From Chara braunii (lineage: Eukaryota > Plantae > Charophyceae), in NCBI GenBank assembly GCA_003427395.1, contig BFEA01000007.1:2140641-2204640 (forward strand): a stretch of 64,000 nt of DNA. The letters run 5' to 3'. The notes beneath the pieces are model-generated. The model was given only the letters and a program-made list of their open reading frames with translations, had not been told where the DNA came from and ran no database searches. Positions 12,989 through 26,370 of the stretch are shown here, piece after piece (within the stretch, counting starts at the first letter, position 1; each line of letters opens with the position of its first letter). Made by a program: the position numbers and the translations under genes.

Positions 12989-14530
12989 GTAGGATAGTCC
13001 GGCAGAGTAGGTTAGGCGCTGGGCACCAGACAGAGAGGAGCGGCTTTGGATACTGTGTTGGTGTGGCCTACGGGCTTGAACATTGGCTCATTACTTCATT
13101 GTACTCTACACTGCAATGAACCCAGATCGTGAAGACAGTCGTCAACAATGCAAGCCCACATGAATGTCAACCAACTGATGATTACCGATAGTCAAAATTT
13201 TATCCAGACAGAATGAAATGAGATAACCATACACAAATNNNNNNNNNNNNNNNNNNNNNNNNNNNNNNNNNNNNNNNNNNNNNNNNNNNNNNNNNNNNNN
13301 NNNNNNNNNNNNNNNNNNNNNNNNNNNNNNNNNNNNNNNNNNNNNNNNNNNNNNNNNNNNNNNNNNNNNNNNNNNNNNNNNNNNNNNNNNNNNNNNNNNN
13401 NNNNNNNNNNNNNNNNNNNNNNNNNNNNNNNNNTTATCCAGACAGAATGAAATGAGATAACCATACACAAATGAAGAGTGAGGAGGGAGATTAGACAAAG
13501 GAGGGGAAATGACAAGGCCCACTCCTGTTTCGGGCTCCCTTCGCGATCACCACCTCAATAGTCAATAACCTGAATGAGTATCTGAACCTCAATGTGCCAC
13601 GTGGCACGTATAATTAGTCCCTCGTCAGCGCTGGAGCAATGTCGACATGAAGACCAACAGGTACGTATCCACGATCTCTCCACAGTCCCGATCACCTCCT
13701 GAACAACGATAATCAGAACAGCAATACCAGTCACGTAGCCTCGCTTCGTCAGCAAACAGAAAAACACGTGGCAGCAGCCACGTCAGCCAATAATACACGT
13801 GGCAGCAGCCACCTCAGCAATAGCGCATGGCAGCTGCCACGCCAGCATGCCAAGAAGACAGGTGCAAGCCAGCCACCGTGCTGGACCAGCAGCGCCTCGC
13901 CGAATCACAATATCAGCGTCGCAACGTAGAGCCAGCGGCGCAGCGTCAAGCCACCGTTGAAGTCAACGCGTGAAGTCAACATCAACGGAAGACAGAATGA
14001 ACGTCAAAGCCAGGAAGTCGTCGCTTATGTCGCGTTGATGCCGGGTCTGGACCCCGGATGCTGCATCCACCAACCGTCCAGATCTCAATGCGAACGAGGG
14101 CCCAGATTGATCTGAAACTGAATTCCCTCCGTCCTGGATGCTGTCTGGGTACCTGCGCATAACAAGTGAGTGTATCCAACCAGGGGCCTGCGTGCGGTAC
14201 CTTTGACTCTACAGTTGACTTTGACCCTTGAATTTCCTGTGTGCAGCGTTCGGTCACACAGCCATACGCGACATACTCAGGCCTGGGCGTGTCTTGGTCA
14301 CACAGCCCAGCGCAGACCAACTCAGGTCTGCGTTTGCCTGGGGCTGAGTTCTGGGCCCCAGGCTACTTCTGAACAGGGTTACTGCAACACCGAGAAACCA
14401 TCCATATAGAGCAATACAATGAAGTAATGAGCCAATGTTCAAGCCCGTAGGCCACACCAACACAGTATCCAAAGTCGTTCCTCTCTGTCTGGCACCCAGC
14501 GCCCAATCTACTCTGCCCAACTATCCTACC
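12989..14530. repeat. About 120-bp inverted repeat pair (12989-13110 and about 14405-14527) flanking the solo LTR
   Basis: ctttggatactgtgttggtgtggcctacgggcttgaacattggctcattacttcattgta is present exactly on both strands; arms differ at roughly 8-10 positions overall. Confidence 0.85.
13112..14386 (-). mobile_element. Solo LTR (family A) with 4-bp TSD ACAC
   Basis: ACAC|TGCAATGAACCC...GGGTTACTGCA|ACAC. Diverged but colinear with 11933-12988; contains the N gap 13239-13433. Confidence 0.85.
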
Positions 14531-16990
14531 TACAGCTGGTTCACGCAACAGGCTCACTTCGACTCTCGAAGATCAATGTACATGACTGTCAACTCCATAG
14601 CCGACCTCTATCCATGCACCAAGCACGTATCTCGTCACCCTCAATCAGACGTTGGTTACCTTACATTGCGCCTCCTTCCCTGACAACCACCAGATCACCC
14701 GCTGTACCCCCTGGCGCCCAGCAGCCCGGCTATGGCCGCCTGCGCCCCGCTGCCCTGCAGCGCCCCACTTCACCACTACGCGCCCCATCAGCGCCCTTGG
14801 CAGCAGCGCAGCATCAAGCGTTAGCGCAGCAGCACTTCCGCATTGCCTGCACTGGCCAGAATCCCTGGCCTGGGCTGCCTCACTTCTTTTATGGATATGG
14901 CAGCCTCCTGGATGCTGCGTGTGGCCTGGCTGGAAGCTTCCAGTAGCTTCCAGTTGGGCCTCAGACCCTGCGCCCAGGCCCAAGACTATAGTTGAGGGTC
15001 TGGGCCCTTTTCAGTTGGGCACGGCCTGAGTCTCCGGACTTGGGCTGTTTGCTGCATCTGTGCAGGGCTCCCAAGCAGGTGCGTAGGCAGTACTGCTTTT
15101 CCAAATGTATCGTCCCTGCTTTGTGTATATGTGCCCAGGCGCAACTGTCAAGGCCTGGGCCAACTGTATGACGCAGCTTAGTGAGGCTCACGCGTCTATC
15201 CAACCGACTGGCGTGCTGCGAGAGCCTGAATACCCACACAAATGGAAATGTCAAATTTTGGCCTCTGACGAATGTTCAGGCCCGCCTTCACTTAGGGCGG
15301 GCACTCGGCTTGCTGGGGGGCTTAGCCCAGAACATGTGATGTCTGATAGGGCCCCTTGAGGGCTTGTTCCTCACACTGATGAAGCACACTGAGAAGATTC
15401 CTTGGCAAGTGCATGCATGCAATCGAATCCCACAAACCTGTTCTATCCAACTTCCAAGTCCCATGCTATCCATGAAGTCCTTCACACAGCTTCCTCCTTC
15501 CTTTGAGGTTGAAGCACGGAACTCCTGCCATGCTTGTTCACGATCAATCTGCAACACAACACATTACCATTTGCAGTTCAGAAGAGGAGGACAGTTTTTG
15601 CTTTTTTCGTTTTTTTTTTTTTTGGTTGGGCGGCGGGGTGGGGCGGCACGTGCGCGGTGGGAGTGGGGGAAGAAAACAAATGATAAAAGACTGGACCGAA
15701 CTGAGTACTACCAGCTTAGATGATGCTCAATAAAGGACTCGATCAAAGCTACGTATTTATAAAAGTTCCAATATGTCATCTTAGTATTACCAAATCTGCT
15801 TTATAGTAACTTTATACAAAAATTAATCCCCACTGAACTAATTAACCATTCCTGATCAACAACAGACAACAGCCATGGCTGGCCGTCGTAGTACCAACCA
15901 TAGGTTATGATGCATCGAACTGTACTTTATTTCCCCCCTTCTTGCAGCCATACCTACCAACTATACCTAACAAACCATTGCTAAGGGATGGTCACTGGCT
16001 AATCCATGACCCACAAAACTGTATCAAACAAACTAGAGAATACCCAACGATCCATGCCTACCAAACCTAGGGTCTCGCTCCACTACTCTCCACCATACAA
16101 ACAATTGTGTAGCATTTGTATAGTTGTCGGACCGTACAAAATGGTGGAAAACCCATCGTCGCTCCACTAACTCTACGACTCCAACTATCCAAGTGCAAGG
16201 AAAATGAACGATAACAAAATGACAGAAATCCAGAGTGCAAAATCACATTGAAAGCCAGCAAGTCCAACGCTTTCCAGAAAGCAGAAATGCACTGATATTC
16301 CACCAACGGTGAACCAAAGCACCGAATCGAATCCGAATGACAATGAGAGCATACTCCCACCACCACGAACGTATGCATCCAGAGAACTTCCTCCCCTACT
16401 TGGCGATCAACGCCCAGACTACGATCACACCGCTACTAGCAGCCTACGAATTGACAACGCATCCTGTTGACGTCAGCAAGAACCGAAGTACATGAAGATG
16501 TCGGCCTTGTAGACCATCGCCAAGACCAGGTACGTGCACTCACATCATCAACCATCTCCCTCTCTCACCTCACCCACGTCTTCCTCCCCATACACAAAGA
16601 CCACCACCATACACAAAGACCACCACCACTTCCACTGGCTATCCAAGCCAAGCCCTGGCTATGTAGGGCTGGCTATGGCGCTCCCCTCAGCAGCGCCCTG
16701 TCTGGCTCTCATGAGTACGGAAGACGTAACCAACTGTGGCATCTGTCTGGCGCCCACCAAACTTTGCCAAACTTTATGAACTCGGGCCATATTGAAATTC
16801 AGGGGCCCGCCGTCACTTAAGGCGGGCTCATAGTTGGTGAAAGGGCCCTACAGGAGCATGCCAAGGAGCTAACTCATAACAATGCCTCATCGAAGATAAC
16901 GTGCCCACATAGGGGTTCCAACAGGCTCTGCTTGGGCCCCTCAGCCTGGTCTCATAGGCCTATAAGCAGGCATTGGCACATATTTGCAGC
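14405..16990. mobile_element. Two old LTR-like remnants of family B (about 14405-15360 and about 16150-16990)
   Basis: Shared motifs gcccag/aatctac...gcaccaag/gtac and ggcccgcc(t/g)tcactta(g/a)ggcgggc, also resembling the 1863 LTR. Confidence 0.4.
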
Positions 16991-18864
16991 AGTAGAAGAC
17001 ATGCCGTCATCGGCATTTCGGCCGCCCAGACTGGAGGCAGAGTCTACAAATTCGGAGCCAAATCATGAGCTCCCCGGAGCACTCTACAACTAACAGATTC
17101 CGCAGGCTGGGAACTATACAACGGTGGAGAGTGCTTTTCCTACAGCATGTGTGACAGCTATACAAGACAATTTCACAACTTGGTTTGTAGAGTTAGTGGA
17201 GCGATGAAATACTATGCAAAATTGTAGGATATTGTAAAGTGGAGAGTAATGGATTGAGGCCCCTTAGCTAACCAGACGTAGCTAGCAACCCGCACCTGAC
17301 GATTCAGAACTAAGAACTCGACTAACAAACCACACCTAAGAAAGCAGAAGCGACAAAAATGACAAACCATATCCAACGACCCCTCTCTAACAAACCGTAA
17401 CTAACAGACCATACCTAACGACCCCTATTTTCAACCTCGCAATTTCTTGGTGAGAACAAGTTATTTTCTTCATCCACAACAGTTTTCATTCTCCCAGCAA
17501 TGAGAAGCCAATTGTTGCACCACTACCCTCTTCCCCCGACCGTCTTGCATGTGTTGTAAACAAATACAACGCATTCGTTGCTATCAAGTACAACGCCTGC
17601 GCGTTCTATTCGAACAGCTGGAATATTTGAATACAATGCACGTGCTTTCTATTCCAATCATCGATTCTTTTTTTGAAAACTATAACGCATATGTGTTATG
17701 TTCGGCGGACGTCAACGGCACACATAACAGAGGCCCAACATCTGGGTCGCATCATTTTTCACTGCGACAAACCCTGAGAAACACTGAATGTTGTTTTTCC
17801 AACTACGTTTTTGCTTGGTTTGGCACTTTTGCACAACGCTTTACCAACCAATTGTTGAGCGAAGTCAGAAAACCAAGTAGATATCACAGCACGCATCACA
17901 ACGCAGATGAGTTGCCGCAGCACACAATACAACTGCTAACACCACAATTCCAATTCAACATCACACCATTGCTTCATCTACCCTCGTTCAATTACCCACC
18001 CTCACCCTTTGACAATTGCTACCATGAAATGTGTGCATGCACACAGCTCGTCAAGCTCTCCATTGATTTCTGGAGAGGACAGATATACTTTGCACAGCAT
18101 CGTGCATGTCCATTTCGCATACCCTACGAGCACAAAGCCTGTAAAAACATCAGGCAACGGCTGCTGAGGGATGCTTCTGATAGCAACATATTCATCTCCT
18201 CTACCTACCTGTTCCTAAACTACTTCAGATGTGAAATGTGTGCACTGAAACAGATCATTCACCTCTTGAATTATTACTGAGGCAATTAATAAAAAAGATC
18301 AGTCTGCACATCATCATTGGCATTGATGTTGCATGCCCTGCTAGCTAAAGCCTGTAGAAAGAGCAGGCTGCAGCCGCTGAGGGATGCTAAGCTTTTTTTT
18401 GTTCCTTCCTTCGTAGCGTTTTTTCCCTTCTTTTAAACCACCAGTACCTTTGACGTTTCAGTAGCGGCTTTCGAAATTCGAATTTGGTGGAAAGGTCCAT
18501 TTGTAGATGCTTGTCTGCTGAAAAAGCATTCACGTGTGGCCGGGAGCCGCCAATGGAAAACATCAGCGGCCTCCTGGCGCCGAATTTTTCAGTGACAAAG
18601 GTACTGGTCCTTTCAGGCCAACGGACTTTCAAAATGATTTTCAGATATCATCATTGAACTACCCGGACGCAGGCAATTCAAAATGATTTTCATCTCTTCA
18701 TCTGAAGGTATCTGGATTCAAACTTGAGTCTGTATTGCAACAGTTCAGCGGTGGGCGCTAAAGCAGTTCTCGTGGTCAAACCCTTTTCTCTGTTATGATA
18801 CCATTCTCTCCCATAGCCCAATTCCTAAGTTTAACTTGTCAATCCAAAAATGTCATCAAGCTTC

Positions 18865-20545
18865 TGCAATGAACCCAGTCAGGAGAGAAGCTCGTCGATG
18901 TCACGATACAGTATGTCTCAGCGCCCTCTCAATGTCTCCAAAATAGTCGTCAAGCTCTCTGCAATGAACCCAGTCAGGAGAGAAGCTCGTCAATGTCACG
19001 ATACAGTATGTCTCAGCACAGTCTCAATGTCTCCAAAATAGTCGTCCGCATCATCATGAAGCCGTCAAGTAACCAGAGAAGAGGATGGTAGGAGGGGAAT
19101 GAGACTTGGAAGGTGGAAGAAGCATAGCAGATAGATCTCCCTCAACAACCCCCTCCCTCTTCGGGCATCTCCCTTCGCCACATCAGTAGACAGTCTCCTC
19201 TGACGGAATCTGACAAAGAGCAGGTATCATCATAGCGCTTATCAGCGCAGACACGTCCTGAAAACGAACAGCAGCACACAATGTGGACACGTACACAAGC
19301 AGGTAAGCTTCCCTTTCGATCAACCAATCTTATAACCCTGATCCTCCTCCTCGCCAATGTCCAATCAGTGTCGTAGACAGTGTGGATCACGCCAGGTCAG
19401 CACAGTCTACAATCCAGCTGACGCCATAGACAGAGAAGGCGCCTGCGTTTAGAAATAGCCGTCTCGCTTCGTCATCCTCCAATATCAAGCCAGCGTAGAG
19501 CCAGCGTAGTGCCAGCATCCAGCCAGCGTAGAGCTAGCGTCAAGCCAGCATCGAGCATCAAGTGCAAGACTGAATGTCGGTCAGCAGGGGCGGGTCAACA
19601 TACAGTGTTAACTCCGGTTGAGCAGCCTTTGGTCTCTCGGATATCTGTTCACTTGAACCAACTGACATCATGGTGTCATCGCTGGGGTAGCCGGTTGCTG
19701 AAATTGCCATAACAAAACTGCAGATGCAGACCAGCAACATTCAGACTCGACAGAGGACTCAGACTCAGTAGAAGACCCATACTCAGCCAAGACCCAACAG
19801 AGACTGAGACTCGTACAGATTCGTGAGTCTGTAAGCTTTGGAAAGGTGCAGCTCTCAACAACAGTTCAGGGACAGGGATCAATGGCAATCGAACACACAG
19901 TCAGCTGGCCAGCAGCGGGAACCGGACTCAGAGAACTAAAACAATTGTGAATTCCATACCAAGGGGGTGGAGTCAGCGACGAACTGCAAAGGGCTCGGCT
20001 GATCCAGATTCCAAAGAGTCTCAACTGGTCACCTACCGTTGCGACCTAAGAAAAGCCTCCACAGAACTGTGAATCAGGCAGATCAGAAAACATGGATTTG
20101 TAAGTCAGCAAATACGTATCAGAAGGTACAGATCGGACGGCACAGACCAGCAAACAAAGATCCGGGAAACAGACTTTGCAGGACTAAAAAACGGCACAGA
20201 TACAAAATCGATGGAACCCAAGCATCACCTCTGTGCTCAACATCGGAGACAGCAAAGTCCGCTGGAGTAGACTCACTCAAGCAAACGTTGGCGGACGTAG
20301 ATATCTGCGGATCTCCGTAAACATTAGCCAGCAGAAACCGGAGCGGCGAATGGATATTAACAAGGAACAAAAACAACTAGTTCAAGACTCAGCTTGTTAC
20401 TATCAGCGGATTCTCCTGAAGACAGAAACCTGTACAAGAGCAAGAGGATGAGAAGGAGAAGAAACTGAGAAACCGAGAGGGAAGTTGGTCACAGCTGGGA
20501 CAAAACTGGTCCTAGCTCAGTCAGAAATTGTGTGTGATCAGACAA
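18865..20545. mobile_element. LTR-like sequence related to family A with a 95-bp tandem duplication of its start
   Basis: TGCAATGAACCCAG at 18865 and again at 18960, identical to the 13112 LTR start. Far end not defined. Confidence 0.5.
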
Positions 20546-20759
20546 ACTTTGGTATGATTGAATTGATAGTCATAGAATTAGTCTCAACGGTCGCGTTCAA
20601 ATTGTCTCATATCTTGTTGTTGCTCAACTCTTCATTTTGGTTTGTAGGTATTAACCTTGACGTTTGCAGGTTGCAGGAACCCGGAATCAACCCTGCCGCG
20701 GGTGATAAACGCGGGTAGGATACAAGGTCGGATCCGCAGGCCAGCAGGTCATTTCCACC

Positions 20760-22650
20760 GGTCGACAACGGAATGACTCCTTGCTTGGCCGATATGAAAG
20801 CATTTGTCTGTTAGTTTTAGGATCTTGTTTGCTAATGGCTTGCTAGGATTTTGTAGCGTGTTGTGAGAATTGAGATTGGTCTGTACTATTGACTCTGTAG
20901 TTCTTGAGGTCTTCCTTGTCGCGCTTCTTGTATATTAGTAAGACTATGCTGGTACTTAGAGATTGACCCAGGCCTGTTTTTTCCCTGCTGTCATTAATAG
21001 TTCAGGAGGTTATTTCCTAGTGTGGGCCAGAACTGGATCCATAATTCTTTGGACAGGCCATCGATTCCTGGTGCTTTGCCGTTTCCCATATGGGACAAGG
21101 CTGTGTGCAGTTACCCTAGGGTGATTGGTTTGTCCATGTCCTCCATTTATTGTTGGGTGATCGTTTTCTCTACGTAGATCATCATGTATTGACGGGCGTT
21201 GATGTTCATTGACTGGGGGGGGGGAGGTAGTTTTGGTCTCCGAGAGGTCGACGTAGAAAGATCTGGCTATTCTTTCCATGTCTGTGCTGGTTGACTTTGT
21301 CTTCCCGTGGTCCGCTGGGTCCTTCAGTCTCTCGATCATGTTGTTTCTTGCATTGGCCTTAATTTTGGAGAAGAAGAATTTGGGCATGGATTCATTCAGA
21401 GTGTAGTCATTCATTCAGGGGCGTATTTGTAGGCCCCTGAGTTCCCATCTTCTCCATTCATTTAATTCGTCCTTGGTAGATTGGAGTAGGTCGTGATAGA
21501 AGGAGTTGGCAGGATCCGATGTGAGGTTGGTTTCAGCGACTTTGAGAGTCATTTGCAATTCTTCCTTCCTGATTTTCGTTCTGCTGCTATGCTTGTAGAT
21601 TCTGCTGCGACGGTCTCAGATAGGTCCGTATAGCTATCTATGAACCACTTGTGCCTGTTCTGGCGTGTCATCTCATCCTATTGTAAGAAAGCCCAATTCC
21701 ATCTGACTGCCTCTATTATGCGATCTGTGGAGAGAAGTGAGTTGTTAAGTCTAAAAAGACCTTGCCCTTTTCCTACCGGAGAGTCCTTTTTCTACCGGAG
21801 AGTTGAAGTTGAGGAGCAGGTAGGTCGGTTTGTGATCGAGCACTCCCCTTGAAGGCTACCGCTGGTAGGATATCGGCCTCCTTGATTGCTCCTTGCAACA
21901 TGTTGGAAATCAGGAAGAAGTCGATCCGTGATAGTGATGTATGGTTAGATCGGTTCCTTTGGACTAGGGAGAAGGGTTTCTTGCGTGGGTGGAGGATTCG
22001 AAAAGGGTCTACCAGATCAAACTCCGTCATGATGTCCTCAGGTGTGTGCTCGCTCGTGTGGGTCCCAGCAGCGTTGCCCGCGAAATGCGGTCCACGTTGG
22101 GATCCAACGTGGTGTTCCAGTTGCCTACTATGATTCACGGTGAGGGGTTTGAGAAGAGTGATTTGATGTGGTCAAAGAAAGCTAGGCATTCGGTTTCCAT
22201 GTTGGGGGCGTATATGTTCAGGATCCTGACCTCTTCATCTTGCCACGTGATTTGGATCCATGACCATCTTCCTTCCGCTATGTCGCCTTCGTCGTTGCTT
22301 ACTTGTCCTTCCGACCAGATTTTGCAAGTAGTTGGTATAAGGATCGCTGTGCCACGGTTGCTTCGGTCCGCTTTGTTGAACCACAGTGTGAAAGCGCATC
22401 CACCTAGGCTTTTTCCCACGGTCCTCTTGATTCTGATGTGGTTAGTGAGGTTGTATAGATGGGTCTCTTGTAGAAGGATGATGTCGGGTTTGGGCTTTCT
22501 TTTATCTGTGAGGCCGAGTCTGATGTCTCGAAGTTTGCCTTCTTCAATGAGAATGTTGCCCAAGACATTGACGTTCCAGCTATGGATCGTCAGTCCTTTG
22601 GCTTGCCAGTCTACTCTCACTGTCTCAGACTGATCCTCGTTGCAGTCCAT
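20760..22650 (-). mobile_element. L1/Tx1-type LINE fragment (APE endonuclease and start of RT), decayed
   Basis: IHSWNVN...DIILLQETH, ILNIYAPN, DLVDPFRILHP, SRIDFFLIS, KFFFSKIK, then GKAPGIDG and YRPISIL in shifted frames. Confidence 0.9.
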
Positions 22651-23069
22651 TTGATTTCATCTGACGTGGTGCTGTATTCAGATTCTTCTTTTTTTTTTTT
22701 TTTGCTCGGTTGGGGTGGACGTTTGTTGGGCAGGGTTGATAGTTGGGGGTTTGAGATATCTAGTCACTGGGTTATTAAACAAAAGGCCAAAACCCTCATT
22801 TTTGCCCCCACTAGGCCCTCCTCCCCCACAACGACTCTTTAGACCAGGAGTGCATAAAACCGCGCATCTGAAAAAGGGGCTCAGATCTACCGGTGATTTA
22901 AACCACCACTACCTTCTAAGACCACCATGTTACCAGAAGGCCCATGCAGAAAGCATTATTTAAATTCATTTTATTACTTCCAAAATCTATATCCTGCTAT
23001 TGTGCTACTATAGAAATCCATAAAGTCCTGCGATGACAAAAGACGCATTAAATTCTAAATAAAGGATGT

Positions 23070-23690
23070 CCGCTCTGGCAGAAGACACCAGTTCACCACA
23101 AGTTTTAGAACTAAGTGTAAACTGAAAAGTCCTCCAAGCAACAAGATATAATTATGGCATGTCCTCTAGAGCTCAAAACCTGAAGGAAAACCAGGCAGCG
23201 GCCGCTGAGACATGCAGATTGCCTTCACACACTCTTGTACAGGAAGGCACTTTACCACCCATAGTCCCATATACGTCTACTCTGGCAAAAGACACCAGTT
23301 CACGACAGGTCCCAGAACTCAAGTGTGAACAGACAAGTCTTCCAAGCAAGAACACATTACTCTGGCATGTCCTCTAGAGCTCAACACCTGTAGGAAAACC
23401 AGGCAGTGGCCGCTGAGACATGCAGGTCCGCCTTCACACACTTTTGTTGAAGAAGGCACTTTACCGCCCACAGTCCCATATATGTCTGCTCTGGCAAAAG
23501 ACACCAGTACACCACAAGTCTTAGAACTCAAGTGTGAACTGAGCAGTCTTTCGAGCAAGAACACATTAATCTGGCATGTCCTCTAGAGCTCAAAACCTGT
23601 AGGTAAACCAGGCAATAGCCGCTGAGACAAGCAGGTAGTCTTCACACACTCTTATGCACGGCGATCTTTACCAACCATAGTCCTTCCACG
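23070..23690. repeat. Tandem repeat, about 209-bp unit, 3 copies
   Basis: ggcatgtcctctagagctcaa at 23156, 23365 and 23574. Confidence 0.9.
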
Positions 23691-24254
23691 TTCTCCCCCC
23701 TTCACCATATACCAAAACGATTCTAGCGGCATCTCGCAAACCCACGACCCCTAACAGGTCGTGGGTTAATCAGTTCTAATTATGTGTGAAGTTTGCAATC
23801 GAGTGTGATGTCATCTCAATCAAGTGTGTAGGAGAGAGGAGGGATGAAAGTACTTCTTGAAAAGCGTATAACAGCCCCTTTCATTACGAACAAATACGGA
23901 TCAGGGTAGTACAAGCATCAACAAAATTGCCCGGTAGCCTTACAAGGCAGGCACAGGTTAGGGCTTCCACAGTATGCACCGCGTGGAGCACCCTCAAATC
24001 ATATGACGTGCAACATCGTGCTTTCCCATGTCTCACAATAGTCTGCACATCGAGTGCAACATCAAGGCTTCGCTACAGGTACTTGACGCCATAGCTTCAC
24101 ACCCTCAAATCATATGGACGTGCTACACCTTGCATTACCATGTCTCACAGCAGCCTGCACATCGCGTGAGACATGAAGGCTTCACTTGAAGCATAGCATT
24201 TGACAGCACTCGATGGCATTGCATTAGACAGTTGTGTGACAGCATCACACAACA

Positions 24255-24770
24255 TTACGCAGCATTACACAGCATAACACGGCATTACACAACATAACAC
24301 TCGCAACGTTACACAGCACTAGCAGCATTCCTCAATATACACAGCATTACACGAGATTCAACAGCATTAGATAGCAATAGACAGTTAGACAGCATTAGAC
24401 AGCATTAGCCAGCATTAGACAGCATTCAACGGGATTCAACAGCATTAGACAGCATTAAACGGGACTCAACAGCATTAGACAGCATTCAATGGGATTCTAC
24501 AACATTAGACAGCATTAGACAGCATTATACAGCATTAGACAGTATTAAACAGCATTCAACAGGATTCAACAGCATTAGACAGCAGCATCCAATAACATTA
24601 GTATCCTACAGCATTAGACAGCATTAGACAGCATTTGGCAGCATTTGGCAGCATTGGCCAGCATTAGACTGCATTAAACTTCATTAGACAGCATTCTACA
24701 GCCTTGCATTATATATCAGAGACAGCTAGGCAGCATAAGGCATCACATTACACGACATTAGACAGCATTA
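24255..24770. repeat. 10-bp minisatellite (CAGCATTAGA and variants)
   Basis: Dozens of cagcattaga/cagcattaca/cagcattcaa units. Confidence 0.9.
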
Positions 24771-25782
24771 GGTGGAACATACGTTGTAATGGTGGCAATT
24801 TGCCCATGATTACGGTACAGGAATAGGCACAACCTTCAGCCTCATGAACGAGGATACTCCGGAATTCAGGCATATAGTACGCATAGCAGAGATGAGCGAG
24901 TCCCAGAGACAACATCGTACAGAAAGACTTAAAGATAGATTTAGAAATGTAGATACAACCACGAAAAAAAGGGGATTGCCACAGAAGTGCAGGCACTCAG
25001 ACATATATGAAGTGAGTGCAGTAGTCATATACGCACGAGTACACGCACTCAGGCAATGAAATACCAATCAGTGATGATGAACGAACTGCCGTACCTCCAT
25101 CCCATACAGTGGCAAGTCCGTTCCGTCCACGACCACTGGTACACCACCGCTCACGTCCTGTAAGAACACGTGGCAGAATCAGGCAAAGCAGGTTGTCTCA
25201 CAAAACCATAGTTCACGTGGCTTCAGAAGACAGGTGTTTAAATGACTACGTAGGGGCTATACTCTCAGTAGGACTTTCCAGGACGTATCCATACAGTTAA
25301 TTGTATCAGATACATGCAACAATGGCCGTCATATTATACAACCACATCCACACGCACACCCACACAACATGCAGTGAAGGGCAAATTGTCGGACCTCAGC
25401 AATCTTATCCAATCACATCCACAACAACCGTTTTCTCAGAGAGAGCAAAGAACGCTAACATAGAAACACCACACTGCCCAACAAAAAGGAAAAAAACACT
25501 GGTAACTTAAAAGGTGAATACCCAATTACACAGAGAAAGAGAGAGAGAGACAAACAGACAGATAGAGATTGACAGCGTGAGCTACAAGACACTGAGAGAA
25601 ATGAGGAAATCATTTATTTGGCATTTTTGCTCTGATCGGGTACAATCCCTGGCAACAAGAATCTCAGTGTCCCTACACAAAGGACCAGGTCTCACTAGAC
25701 GGTCGATGAACCTGTATGTACGGCCATGATCAGACGGTGAAACCCTCCCAACTCCAGAGATTCTAGGCATAACTGGTGATTC

Positions 25783-26140
25783 CGAAACATAGACATAGAT
25801 ATAAACAGAGAAATAGACAGTGTACAGTGGAACCTGACCCTGGGGGTCAGGCCTGTGTCCTTGCTTCAAAACCATTCTCACTGTTCCCCACAATCCTGCA
25901 AGGTCCCCGGAACATAGACATAGATATAAACAGAGAAATAGACAGTGTGCAGTGGAACCTGACCCTGGGGGTCAGGCCTGTGTCCTTGCTTCAAGACCAT
26001 GCTCACTGTTCCCCACAATCCTGCAAGGTCCCCGAAACATAGACATAGATATAAACAGAGAAATAGACAGTGTGCAGTGGAACCTGACCCTGGGGGTCAG
26101 GCCTGTGTCCTTGCTTCAAAACCATGCTCACTGTTCCCCG
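25783..26140. repeat. Tandem repeat, about 125-bp unit, 3 copies
   Basis: gaacatagacatagatataaacagagaaatagacagtgt...cctgaccctgggggtcagg occurs three times. Confidence 0.95.
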
Positions 26141-26370
26141 CAATCCCGCACGGTCCCACACCCTCCCCCTCCCGCATGGTCCCACAGCCTTTCCCCCTCT
26201 CAACCGGCCAAAACCTGGTCCAGGGAGAGATACATGTATTCGACAGGTCGGTACATAAGTTCAACTGGATGCCAAAGGTTTGAATCTGGTCATACAAGAA
26301 TCTAACAAGCCAGGAACGAGGAAAAAGAACGAGAAAGGAGAGAGGCTGCACGGCAGTGTCCTTCCTTTAC

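Noticed and set aside
11933-14386. The two family-A LTRs as the paired ends of one tiny element (TRIM-like)
   Set aside because: They are clearly diverged, the second has its own ACAC TSD on both sides, and the spacer has no PBS or PPT.
17549-18280. 243-aa plus-strand ORF
   Set aside because: No recognisable motif and the composition is not convincingly coding.
23070-26140. Tandem arrays as CRISPR-like (also 49500-49696 and 52610-52900)
   Set aside because: Units repeat in full with no unique spacers, there are no cas genes, and the context is eukaryotic.
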